A DNA stretch of 64,000 nt from Candidatus Diapherotrites archaeon ADurb.Bin253 (lineage in GTDB: Archaea > Nanobdellota > Nanobdellia > Pacearchaeales > GW2011-AR1), in the NCBI GenBank assembly GCA_002069705.1, contig MWBV01000003.1, forward strand, positions 927 to 64,926, in the 5' to 3' direction. The translations under genes were made by a program, and so were the position numbers. Position 1 is the stretch's first letter. Every line of letters starts with the position of its first letter. Below are positions 1-8,960 of this stretch, piece by piece. The notes beneath the pieces are model-generated. The model did not search any database and had not been told where the DNA came from. It was given only the letters and a program-made list of their open reading frames with translations.

Positions 1-2672
1 CTAATATAGGAGAAGGAGGTGATGGAGTATATATAGTAAATAGCAACGATGTTTTTGTAGTAAACAATACAGTAACAGGGAAATATGCTCGTGCAGTTAA
101 TTTGTATCGTTCTTTAAATACAGTTGTATTGAATCAAGTTGCTTATGGAGGAGATGATGGTTTAGAGATATGGGGTTCAAATAATTCTATAATAAAGGAC
201 TGTATTAATTTAAGTGGAAATGTTGATGACGTATTTATCTCTTCTTCATATGGCTTAAGTGTGAATAATACATTCATAAATTGTTCTTATGATATAAATA
301 AAGAGACTGTTAATGGAGAAGAAAATGAATTAATAAGAAAGTGGTATTATCAAGCATACACTAATTATTCTAATGGAACTGCAGTTGCAGGAGTAAACAT
401 TTCAGCTTACAATACAACTGGAGATATTCAATTTACAACCTTAACTAACCCAAGTGGATTAATTAATAGACAAGAAGTAACCGAATATGTAAATAGAGGT
501 GGAACAAGAAGTTATTACAATAATTATACAATAAATGCAACTTTATTTGGGCATGAAACAGAGAGTAATATTTTCAACTTCACCACAACTCAAAATAAGG
601 TTAATGATGTATTTACATTCAATCCATTAGTTCCAGGAGAAAATGCTTGTGGAGTATTAGATTCTCCAAATACAGTTTATACTTTAACACGAAATGTTTT
701 ATCTCAGGGAACTTGTTTTACTATTGCAGCAGATAATATTACTTTAGATTGTAATGCAGCGTGGATAAATTATTCAATTAATGGAGAAAATGGAACATAT
801 GGAATTTATTCTGATAGATTTAATACGACAATAAAAAGTTGTAAAGTTATAGATATGAATCATACTAGCCCAAATAATGAAAGATATGGTGTTTATTTCT
901 CTGGAGCATCTAATGGAAATATAGAGTATGTCTATGTTAATACGACTAATTCACAGGCAATTTTTGTTTCTTCTAATTCAACAAATATTAATTTAATCAA
1001 TAATGATGCTGAAAGCTTGAATCATGGAATAGAATTAAGGGGTTCTTCTAAAAATAATTTGATTAATAATACTGGAATTGGTTTGATGAGTTTATCTGCA
1101 GGAATTGTTATTAATGGTTCAAATGAGAACACTCTTATTAATAATACAGGTATTGGAAATTATTCTGGTATTCTATTAGGAGATAAATCTTCTAATAATA
1201 ATATTCTTATAAATAATACAGCAACAAGTAATTTCTCAACTGCGCTTTTAATTTCTTATTCAAATAATAATTATTTTATTAGTCAGAATGCAACTTCTTA
1301 TAATCTTGGTGGAGATTCTGTTGCTATAAGAATTTCTAATTCTAATAATTCTTTGATTAAGGATTGTTTGAGTATTTCAGGAGAAGATTATGATGTGTAT
1401 ATTGGAGATAATAATGTTAATAATACTTTTTTGAATTGTTCTTATGACATAAATAAAGAATATTTAGGTATTAGAGGTAATTTAATACGTAAGTGGTATT
1501 ATCAAACCTATGTAAATTATACTAATGGGACTGCAGTCGCAGGAGCAAATATTACTGCATACAATAAAGCAGGACAAATCCAATTTACACATTTAACTGA
1601 TTCTTTAGGATATATTCCATTAAAAGAATTAACAGATTATATTGGTTATAATGGTATAAGAAATTATTATAGCAATTATTCAATTAATGCAAGTAAATGG
1701 TTGTATAATATGGAAAGTAATGTTTTTAATTTTACAACCAAAGGAAATTTTGTTGAAGATTTTTTAACATTGGAATTAGATACATTCCCTCCTAGTTATG
1801 GTTATGTTGGCCATAGCTCAACTACTGCAGGACAGAAATCTAAATTTTCGATTAAATTTACTGATAGAGGGGCTCTTCACCCTTATGGAGTTTATATATT
1901 TTCAACAAATAATACTGGTACTTGGGAAAACGATAGTGCAGTTAACTTTACTTCAACACCTTCTTGGGCAAATGTATCTGTAACATTAAATTCAACTGTT
2001 GGAGATGTTGTTGGATATAGGTGGTATTTCAGTGATTCTTTTGGAAATATGAATATGACTCCAATTTATAAATTAGTTACAGAGGAAAAGGAGGAAAGTG
2101 GGGGAGAAGGAACAGGAGGTGGAGGAGGTAAGAAAGAAACTCCAAGCCAAGAAAATGAAGATTCTTTGTACAGACCTTCTTATGAGGTTCTTCAAAGAGG
2201 TTATGAAACATATTTCAGAAAAGGGGATATTGTTCAAATAAATTTATCTAAAAATGGAACATATCTATTTGAGATTGGAGATATCAATAGATTTACAAAA
2301 AATCTTACTATTTTGTTTAATTCAGGTAAGTATCCTGTTGGATTGAACGAATCTCTTAAATTTGATTTAAATAATGATAGCTTTTATGATTTACAAATTT
2401 CAGTTAGGGATATTACAGCAAGCAATAGTTCAAGAATTAATTTCAAAGAAATAAATGAAGAAATCCCTGCTTCAAATAAACCTGCGTTGAATCAAACTTC
2501 TTTGGGCAATAAATCAACTATAAATATTTTTGGAATAAATGGAGAGGAAAAAGAAAGTAAATCTGTGGTTTATTTTGTATTTGTAGGAATTATAGTTTTG
2601 GCATTGATATTGGTTGCATGTGCTATCTTTTTTAGATTTAGAAAAGCTAAAGAAACTTCAGTAAATTTGTAG
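1..2672 (+). CDS. Large cell-surface protein with parallel beta-helix (PbH1/NosD-like) repeats and a C-terminal membrane anchor; the 5' end lies outside the window
   Basis: The track ORF is 102..2672, but the same frame stays open back to nt 3 (NIGEGGDGVYIVNSNDVFVVNNTVTGKYARAVN...). It has reiterated NNT/INNTGIG/SSNN beta-helix-like repeats and two near-duplicate modules starting near nt 181 and nt 1344 (KDCINLSG...FNFTT and KDCLSISG...FNFTT). N-x-S/T sequons are dense. A Gly-rich linker (GGEGTGGGGGKK) is followed by a terminal hydrophobic helix (VVYFVFVGIIVLALILVACAIFF) and then RFRKAKE. Confidence 0.65.
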   Translation, partial: NIGEGGDGVYIVNSNDVFVVNNTVTGKYARAVNLYRSLNTVVLNQVAYGGDDGLEIWGSNNSIIKDCINLSGNVDDVFISSSYGLSVNNTFINCSYDINKETVNGEENELIRKWYYQAYTNYSNGTAVAGVNISAYNTTGDIQFTTLTNPSGLINRQEVTEYVNRGGTRSYYNNYTINATLFGHETESNIFNFTTTQNKVNDVFTFNPLVPGENACGVLDSPNTVYTLTRNVLSQGTCFTIAADNITLDCNAAWINYSINGENGTYGIYSDRFNTTIKSCKVIDMNHTSPNNERYGVYFSGASNGNIEYVYVNTTNSQAIFVSSNSTNINLINNDAESLNHGIELRGSSKNNLINNTGIGLMSLSAGIVINGSNENTLINNTGIGNYSGILLGDKSSNNNILINNTATSNFSTALLISYSNNNYFISQNATSYNLGGDSVAIRISNSNNSLIKDCLSISGEDYDVYIGDNNVNNTFLNCSYDINKEYLGIRGNLIRKWYYQTYVNYTNGTAVAGANITAYNKAGQIQFTHLTDSLGYIPLKELTDYIGYNGIRNYYSNYSINASKWLYNMESNVFNFTTKGNFVEDFLTLELDTFPPSYGYVGHSSTTAGQKSKFSIKFTDRGALHPYGVYIFSTNNTGTWENDSAVNFTSTPSWANVSVTLNSTVGDVVGYRWYFSDSFGNMNMTPIYKLVTEEKEESGGEGTGGGGGKKETPSQENEDSLYRPSYEVLQRGYETYFRKGDIVQINLSKNGTYLFEIGDINRFTKNLTILFNSGKYPVGLNESLKFDLNNDSFYDLQISVRDITASNSSRINFKEINEEIPASNKPALNQTSLGNKSTINIFGINGEEKESKSVVYFVFVGIIVLALILVACAIFFRFRKAKETSVNL

Positions 2673-3074
2673 TGCCCGAAAGCCTGATTGTTTATATAAA
2701 TATTTATAAAGTATTTATTGTTACTTTTAATATGATTGATAAACTGAACATACTGAATGTCTCTATGTGGGATAGATGTTCGTGTTTAGTTTATACTTTC
2801 AATATTAAACCGAACTCAATTTAATTCAGTTCTAAAATCTGGATTGGATTGAGGCACTTTCTTTCTAGATTTGAAAAACTTGAATTAATGAGATGTTTGC
2901 TTTATATAAAATGAAAAGCAAAAAAACAAACATGGAAAAAAAGAAAGTTGAGCAAGAGTTGAGTAAATTAATAGCTTTAACTATACAGCTTGAAGATGAA
3001 CTTAACAACTGCATAAAATTAGAAAATTAAAAGGGATGTTTTATTTGAATTGTTTTGTCTATTGTAAATATTAG

Positions 3075-4556
3075 TTAATAGCTTCTTCCTATATATACAA
3101 CCTTTGTTGCAGGTTTGTTACATATTACACAATTTCCTGTTGGTTTTTCATTTTTGTTAGCTAGTGTTCCTCTAACATCACCATAAAGCTCTTTCTCAAC
3201 TATTTCAGCACATTTTATACCTGATTTGTCTGTAGAACAAAAGTTTATTTTAGCTAATTTTCCAGAGGAGAGGGCTTCTTTTATTTCTTTTTTATTGAAA
3301 CACGAAACTAATCTATTTTCCATAAACTTGTCTGCTTTTTTCCTTAATCTATTGTCAAACTCTTTTCCTAGTTTTTGGATGTTTTTCAATTCAGTTAACT
3401 TTATTTTCTCTTTTTTCTTTATGTCTCTTGTAAATAGTATTACTTCATTGTTCTTTATTTCTTTTTCACCTATTTCTATTCTGAATGGAACTCCTTTTAG
3501 TTCCCAAATATGATATTTTTCTCCTGGTCTTTTGTATTCTCTTTCATCTATCTCTACTTTTATATTTTCTTTTTCTAATTTATCAGATATTTCTTTTGCT
3601 TTTTTTATTATTTTATTTTTATTTTCTGCATTAAATATTGGAATTATTATTACTTGTATTGGGGAGATAGAGTAAGGTAAAATCATTCCAGAATCATCTC
3701 CATGAGTAGCAATAACTGAGGCCAATATTCTTGAGACTGCAGGGCCATAGGCAGTTGTCCAGAGATGTTCTTCTTTTTCTTCTTTGTTTTTGAATGTTGC
3801 ATCAAATGCCTTTGAGAATTTTTGTCCCATTAAATGTGTTGAAGGTTGTTGAATTAATTTTCCATCTGGCATAAAACAATCTGAGCCTACAGTGTATTCT
3901 GCTCCTGCAAATTTATCCCATTCTGGTCTTTTCATAGGTAAGAAAGGCACACCATAAATCTGATGCATTACTTTTTCTGTTGTATCTATGTCTTCTTGTA
4001 CTTGAGCTTCTGCTTCTTCTCTTGTTGCAAAGGCATCATGACATTCAATCCAAATAAATTCTCTTCCTCTTATTAATGGACGTGTGGCTTTAGTATCCAT
4101 TCTGAAAACTGAGCCTCTTTGGTATAGCTTTAAAGGTAAATCTCTATGACTTCTTATCCAGAGTTTAAACATAGGAGTATAAAGAGTTTCAGAAGTTGGT
4201 CTTAATGCAAGTTCTTTGTTGTCTCCTGTGTTCTTAATCCAAAATACTTCTGGTGTAAACCCCTGAACATGTTCTGATTCTTTCATTAGGTTTTCTTTAG
4301 GTATTATTGAAGGCATGAATGTTGGTTTATGTCCTTTTTTTTGTAATTCTTTTTCCAAGTGTTCAAACATGTTTTCTATTGTTAAAGCTGCCCATGGGCG
4401 GATTATTGTGAATCCTTTAACATCTAATCTTAAATCAACTAGTTCTGCTTTTTCAATAATTTGTGTGAACCATTCAGAGAAATTTTCCTCTTTTTTAACT
4501 GTAATTCCTTCTTGTGATTTTTCTTGAGTTTTTTCTTTGATTTTCTTTTCTGTCAT
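3075..4556 (-). CDS. proS: Prolyl-tRNA synthetase, archaeal/eukaryotic type
   Basis: 493 aa. Motifs: FSEWFTQIIEKAELVD, LRPTSET, FRMDTKATRPLIRGREFIWIECH (class II motifs), a C-terminal Cys cluster, and the ...IGRSY terminus typical of archaeal ProRS. Confidence 0.9.
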   Translation of the reverse strand: MTEKKIKEKTQEKSQEGITVKKEENFSEWFTQIIEKAELVDLRLDVKGFTIIRPWAALTIENMFEHLEKELQKKGHKPTFMPSIIPKENLMKESEHVQGFTPEVFWIKNTGDNKELALRPTSETLYTPMFKLWIRSHRDLPLKLYQRGSVFRMDTKATRPLIRGREFIWIECHDAFATREEAEAQVQEDIDTTEKVMHQIYGVPFLPMKRPEWDKFAGAEYTVGSDCFMPDGKLIQQPSTHLMGQKFSKAFDATFKNKEEKEEHLWTTAYGPAVSRILASVIATHGDDSGMILPYSISPIQVIIIPIFNAENKNKIIKKAKEISDKLEKENIKVEIDEREYKRPGEKYHIWELKGVPFRIEIGEKEIKNNEVILFTRDIKKKEKIKLTELKNIQKLGKEFDNRLRKKADKFMENRLVSCFNKKEIKEALSSGKLAKINFCSTDKSGIKCAEIVEKELYGDVRGTLANKNEKPTGNCVICNKPATKVVYIGRSY

Positions 4557-4654
4557 GTTTATATGAACTAAAGAGCATATTTAAAATTATTTGATTTGAT
4601 TGTTTATGTTTAAATATTAAAGTATAAAAAGGTTTTAGACCTGTTTAATATATA

Positions 4655-4779
4655 GGGCCCATAGTTCAACGGATAGAATTTCGGGTTTCGGTGAAGAAGT
4701 TTGCGAAACTAAATCATTTATTATCGCGAGCGGGCTTCGGAATACCCCGATGATGGAGGTTCAATTCCTCCTGGGCTCA
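4655..4779 (+). tRNA. Intron-containing tRNA, most likely tRNA-Arg(UCG); mature length 72 nt
   Basis: Acceptor GGGCCCA/TGGGCTC, D arm GTTC-AACGGATA-GAAT, anticodon stem TCGGG/CCCGA, T arm GGAGG-TTCAATT-CCTCC, discriminator A, no encoded CCA. The anticodon loop TT-TCG-G is interrupted after position 37. Confidence 0.8.
4692..4744 (+). other. 53-nt tRNA intron at the canonical 37/38 site with a bulge-helix-bulge fold
   Basis: Hand fold: a 4-bp central helix 4686-4689 (TTTC) pairs with 4739-4742 (GGAA, one G.U). The 3-nt bulges are GG|T (4690-4692) and TA|C (4743-4745). An inner helix GAAG 4693-4696 pairs with CTTC 4735-4738. Confidence 0.7.
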
Positions 4780-4818
4780 TATCATTAAGTTTTTAATTAG
4801 TATTTCTTTTTATTTAAT

Positions 4819-6153
4819 ATGGTAAAAAATTTAAAGAAAAAAGTAAGAGTAAAATCAGAGCGTTTTTCTGGAGTTTCAAAGATTGAGTCAGCTAAACCAG
4901 GAGATTTAGTTGAGGTTCATTTTGGAAAGGTTATATATGAAGGAACTTTTCTTGAAAGTCCTGATTCTGAGAAAGGAATAATCTTACTTAAATTGAGTAA
5001 TGGATATAATATTGGATTAAACAAAAAGGAGATAATTAAGTTAAAGGTTTTGAAAGAGTTTAAAGAGAAAGATATAGATAAAGAAATTAAAAAAGACCCC
5101 TCAAAACCAAATATTGCTATGATTATAACAGGAGGAACAATTTCTTCTAAATATGATTCAAAAACAGGAGGAGTTCATCCTTTAGATAGTCCTGAAAGTT
5201 TGTTTAGATTTTATCCAGAATTATTTGAGAGAGTTAATGTTTTAAAGATAGAAACTCCATTTATGAAATTTTCTGAAGAAATGAATTTTAAAGATTGGCA
5301 AAAATTAGCAAAATTATGTGAAAAATTATTAAATGATTCAAATATTCGTGGGGTAGTTATAACACATGGAACAGATTTTTTACATTATACTTCTGCTGCA
5401 CTTAGTTTTATGCTTGGAAAATTAAATAAGCCTGTTGTTTTAACTTATTCTCAGAGAAGTATTGACAGAGCAAGTTCTGATGCAAATCTTAATTTGATTT
5501 GTTCTTCTATAATTGCTGGAATTAGTGATATTGCTGAAGTTGTTTTAGTTGGACATGCTAATTCAGAAGATAATTTTTGCAATGTAATGCCTGGTACAAA
5601 AGTAAGGAAATTGCATACTTCAAGAAGGGATGCGTTTAAGGTGGTTAATGGAAAAAGTATTGCAAGAGTTTATCCTAATGGAAACTTGGAAATATTAAGT
5701 TCATTTAACAAAAGAGGAGATGTGAAAAAAGCTAAATGTCTTAAGAATTTTGAAGAAAAAGTAGCATTGATTAAATTCTATCCTGGTCAATCTCCTGATA
5801 TACTTGATTTTTACTATGGAAAGAAGTATAAGGGAATTGTTTTAGAATTGAGTGGAATTGGAAATTCTTCAGAGTCTTGGATAAAAAAGATAAGAACTCT
5901 TTCAGGGAAAGGCATGATTTTTTGTGGAACTTCTCAGTGTATTAATGGAAGGGTGGATGGATTGGTTTATTCAAATGGAAGAAAACTTATTGATGCAGGA
6001 GTTATCTATTTAGGAGATATGCTTTCAGAAACAGCATTAGTTAAGCTTGGATGGGTTTTGGGAAATAAAGAATGGATGAAATCTAAAAATTTAATAAAAG
6101 AAAAAATGCTTCAGAATATTTCAGGGGAGTTTAATAAAAGATTGGAAGAGTAA
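4819..6153 (+). CDS. gatD: Glu-tRNA(Gln) amidotransferase subunit D (asparaginase-like)
   Basis: 444 aa. It has a GatD-type N-terminal domain (GDLVEVHFGKVIYEGTF...), the asparaginase motifs ITGGTISSKYDSKTGGV and THGTDFLHYTSAAL, and a partner gatE nearby. Confidence 0.9.
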   Translation: MVKNLKKKVRVKSERFSGVSKIESAKPGDLVEVHFGKVIYEGTFLESPDSEKGIILLKLSNGYNIGLNKKEIIKLKVLKEFKEKDIDKEIKKDPSKPNIAMIITGGTISSKYDSKTGGVHPLDSPESLFRFYPELFERVNVLKIETPFMKFSEEMNFKDWQKLAKLCEKLLNDSNIRGVVITHGTDFLHYTSAALSFMLGKLNKPVVLTYSQRSIDRASSDANLNLICSSIIAGISDIAEVVLVGHANSEDNFCNVMPGTKVRKLHTSRRDAFKVVNGKSIARVYPNGNLEILSSFNKRGDVKKAKCLKNFEEKVALIKFYPGQSPDILDFYYGKKYKGIVLELSGIGNSSESWIKKIRTLSGKGMIFCGTSQCINGRVDGLVYSNGRKLIDAGVIYLGDMLSETALVKLGWVLGNKEWMKSKNLIKEKMLQNISGEFNKRLEE

Positions 6154-6339
6154 TTAGGAATTAAGAACTAATTCACTTGCTGCAATATGTGAATAAAACT
6201 CTTTTCTTGTATATTTTCTCTTATATTCTATACCTCTTTTAATTAGGTTGTCATAGATTTTTTTTGATTCTTCAGTGGGAATATAAGTTATTTTTCCTTC
6301 AGTAGCTAATTTTTCTATTATACTGTTTTTTAATACCAT
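6154..6339 (-). CDS. Hypothetical small protein (61 aa)
   Basis: ORF with an ATG start and an AT-rich TATA-like element about 30 nt upstream (minus strand). No recognisable motif. Confidence 0.3.
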   Translation of the reverse strand: MVLKNSIIEKLATEGKITYIPTEESKKIYDNLIKRGIEYKRKYTRKEFYSHIAASELVLNS

Positions 6340-6363
6340 CTTATATTTAATTTTATTAAGTAT

Positions 6364-6759
6364 TTAATATTTTCTTTGATTTAGTTTACTTTCTATCCTA
6401 TCAAGCTGTATTTTTATTTTTTTAATTTCTTTTTCAGTTCTTCTATCTACTTGGTAATCATATTCCATTCTTTTTCTGTCTTTTTGACTTGATCTATTTT
6501 GAGACATTAATATTATTGGTGCTTGTATGGCTGCTACACAAGATAAAAATAAATTAAGTATAAGAAAATGGTCTATATCTAATGTATCTTTTGATAATAG
6601 AATAATTGCAACAATCCAGATTATTAAAAGCAATACAAATAAAATAATGAATGGCCAACTACCTATCCAAATAGTTATTTTATCTGATGCTTTTTGTCCA
6701 AAATTAGTTGGACGAAATATTGAACGCACATTCTTTCTTATCACTTCTTTCTTTTTCAT
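6364..6759 (-). CDS. DUF1003-family membrane protein
   Basis: 131 aa. It has two TM helices, and GSWPFIILF...LILNLFLSCVAAIQAPIILMSQNRSSQKDR...DYQVDRRTEKEI matches my recollection of the DUF1003 signature. Confidence 0.6.
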   Translation of the reverse strand: MKKKEVIRKNVRSIFRPTNFGQKASDKITIWIGSWPFIILFVLLLIIWIVAIILLSKDTLDIDHFLILNLFLSCVAAIQAPIILMSQNRSSQKDRKRMEYDYQVDRRTEKEIKKIKIQLDRIESKLNQRKY

Positions 6760-6872
6760 TATTTAATTAGTTTAAATCTAATTATAAGTTTAATTATTAA
6801 TTAGTTGTAACTAACACATAGTAACATATAGAAAGGTTTATAAGTAAAATAAGCCTTAATATTTTACTTAAA

Positions 6873-7469
6873 ATGACTCCCTTATGCAACGAATTATTTG
6901 ATATTAGTAACTTAAACTCTTTAGTTAGAGCTGAATTTAATAAAGAGATTAATTTAAAAGATTATGACACAGGATTTTTTAGAACACCAAAGAATTTTAA
7001 AGATTTTTCATTTATTCCTAAGAAGGGTCTTAATCTAAGTAGGATAATTGATATTTTGGAAGATGATTTAACTAAAAAAGGAGCAGATTATTTTTATTTA
7101 AGCCAAACAATTCCAGGTATTTGTGAGGCAATTAAGAATGCATATGAGCACGGTAATTTAGAGGATAATAATAAAAATATTTTTTTATTAAGAAATTTTT
7201 CAAAAGGAAATATAGAATATGTTGTGGGAGATGAAGGTGGGACTATTAATGGTAATTTTATTCCTTACATATTTTTGATACGTGAAAATAAAAAAGAAAA
7301 TTCTTTAGATTCTGCAAAGGATTTTTATTCCTTTTGTGGAAAAAATTATGCTCCAAAAGGACATAGTGGAGTTGGTACAAAAACAATGCACAAATGTTTT
7401 AACCAGGTTAAATACTTTAAAAATGAGCAGGGCGGTTTAATGGTAAATCTAATTAAGCCTTCTTTTTAA
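6873..7469 (+). CDS. Stand-alone GHKL/HATPase_c-like protein (RsbW/SpoIIAB-like fold suspected)
   Basis: 198 aa. N-box-like CEAIKNAYEHGN, G1-like VGDEGGTING and G2-like GHSGVGTKTM occur in the correct order and spacing. No sensor or HisKA domain is present. Confidence 0.4.
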   Translation: MTPLCNELFDISNLNSLVRAEFNKEINLKDYDTGFFRTPKNFKDFSFIPKKGLNLSRIIDILEDDLTKKGADYFYLSQTIPGICEAIKNAYEHGNLEDNNKNIFLLRNFSKGNIEYVVGDEGGTINGNFIPYIFLIRENKKENSLDSAKDFYSFCGKNYAPKGHSGVGTKTMHKCFNQVKYFKNEQGGLMVNLIKPSF

Positions 7470-7476
7470 TTCAAAA

Positions 7477-7486
7477 TTTTAATAAA
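7477..7486 (+). promoter_or_regulatory. TATA-like box for gatE
   Basis: TTTTAATAAA starts 31 nt upstream of the ATG at 7508. This fits the window-wide -30 pattern. Confidence 0.45.
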
Positions 7487-7507
7487 CCCTCTTTGTTTAA
7501 TTTTTTT

Positions 7508-8956
7508 ATGTCAGATATCGATTATTCAAAACTGAAATTTAAATCAGGTTTGGAAATACATCAACAATTAGATACGCATAAATTATTTTGTAATTGTCCT
7601 TCTATATTAAGAGGAGATTTACCTGATTTTTATGTTGAGAGAAAATTACATGCAGTTGCAGGAGAATCAGGAGAAGTGGATAGGGCTGCAGAATATCAGG
7701 CTTCTTTGAAGAAGACTTTTGTTTATCAGGGGTATAGAAATAGTACTTGTTTAATTGAATTAGATGAAGAGCCCCCCCACGAAATAAATGAAGATGCTTT
7801 AAAGATAGCACTTCAGATTGCGTTGCTTCTTAATTGTAAAATAATTCCTGTAACACAGATTATGAGAAAGACAGTGATAGATGGGAGTAATACTTCTGGA
7901 TTTCAGAGAACTGTTTTAATTGCAAGAGATGGATATGTTGAAACTGCTTTTGGGAGAGTGGGTATTGAAACAATTTGTTTGGAAGAAGATGCTGCAAGAA
8001 AGGTGAAGGTGGAAGGAGAGAAAGTGTATTGGAATTTAGATAGATTAGGGATACCGTTAGTTGAAATTGCAACATCTCCAGACATTAAATCTGCTGAACA
8101 AGCTAAAGAAGTTGCAATGTATATTGGAGATGTTTTGAGAAGTTGTAAAGTTAAAAGAGGGATTGGGACTATAAGGCAGGATGTTAATATTTCTATTTTA
8201 GAAGGCAATAGAGTTGAAATGAAGGGTGTTCAGGATATGAGAACATTTATTAAAACAATTGAAAACGAGGTTTTAAGACAAAAAGAACTTTATGATGAGG
8301 GAACTCCAACTCAACCAGAAGTTAGGAATGCTTTACCTGACTCTAGTTCAGAATTTTTAAGACCTATGCCTGGTGCAGATAGAATGTATCCTGAAACTGA
8401 TTTACCTTTGCTTAAACTATCTAGAGATTTTATTGATAGTTTAAAGAAGGATTTACCTAAATTGAGAAGTGAGAGTGCAGGTGAACTTAGAGAAAGAGGA
8501 TTGAGTGAAGAGATGGTTAAATTAATTTTAGGTGAGGACAAGATAGAAGAATTGAAATCTCTTGCAGAAATTTATTCTAATCTTAATTTTATTGCCAAGA
8601 TGATTGTTTTATTCCCAAAAGAAATAGCTTCTAAAGAAAACAAAACTCTTGAAGAAGTTGAAGAACAAGTCATGGATTATTATGGTGATATTTTAAGGTT
8701 ATTAAATAAAAAGAAGATAGTTGAAGGAGATGTTAAGGATATTCTAATTAATCTTGTTAAAGGAATGGACTTTAAAGAAGCTATAAAGATAGAAAAAGTA
8801 GATAATTCTGAAATTGAAGAAGAAATTCTTAAGATAATAAAAGAAAAACCAGGATTAAATGCTAATGCATATATGGGTTTGGTTATGGCGAAGTTTAAAG
8901 GAAAGATTAATGGTAAACAAGCAATGGATGTAATAAATAAATTGATGAATAAGTAA
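7508..8956 (+). CDS. gatE: Glu-tRNA(Gln) amidotransferase subunit E (compact form)
   Basis: The track ORF starts at a TTG (7493); the first ATG (7508) gives MSDIDYSKLKFKSGLEIHQQLDTHKLFCNCP, the GatE/GatB N-terminal signature. There is a C-terminal YqeY/GatB-tail-like helical region. At about 482 aa it is shorter than the ~620-aa GatE proteins I recall. Confidence 0.85.
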   Translation: MSDIDYSKLKFKSGLEIHQQLDTHKLFCNCPSILRGDLPDFYVERKLHAVAGESGEVDRAAEYQASLKKTFVYQGYRNSTCLIELDEEPPHEINEDALKIALQIALLLNCKIIPVTQIMRKTVIDGSNTSGFQRTVLIARDGYVETAFGRVGIETICLEEDAARKVKVEGEKVYWNLDRLGIPLVEIATSPDIKSAEQAKEVAMYIGDVLRSCKVKRGIGTIRQDVNISILEGNRVEMKGVQDMRTFIKTIENEVLRQKELYDEGTPTQPEVRNALPDSSSEFLRPMPGADRMYPETDLPLLKLSRDFIDSLKKDLPKLRSESAGELRERGLSEEMVKLILGEDKIEELKSLAEIYSNLNFIAKMIVLFPKEIASKENKTLEEVEEQVMDYYGDILRLLNKKKIVEGDVKDILINLVKGMDFKEAIKIEKVDNSEIEEEILKIIKEKPGLNANAYMGLVMAKFKGKINGKQAMDVINKLMNK

Positions 8957-8960
8957 TAAG

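Noticed and set aside
2730-2770. C/D-box-like words (ATGATTGA ... CTGA ... CTGA)
   Set aside because: The C box is imperfect. The CTGA elements lie only 4-5 nt apart or after the putative C box, which leaves no room for 10-12-nt guides. There is no terminal stem.
2911-3030. 39-aa ORF (MKSKKTNMEKKKVEQELSKL...) in the 400-nt gap between the surface protein gene and proS
   Set aside because: The only TATA-like box abuts the ATG instead of lying about 30 nt upstream. There is no SD and no recognisable motif. The support is too weak to call.
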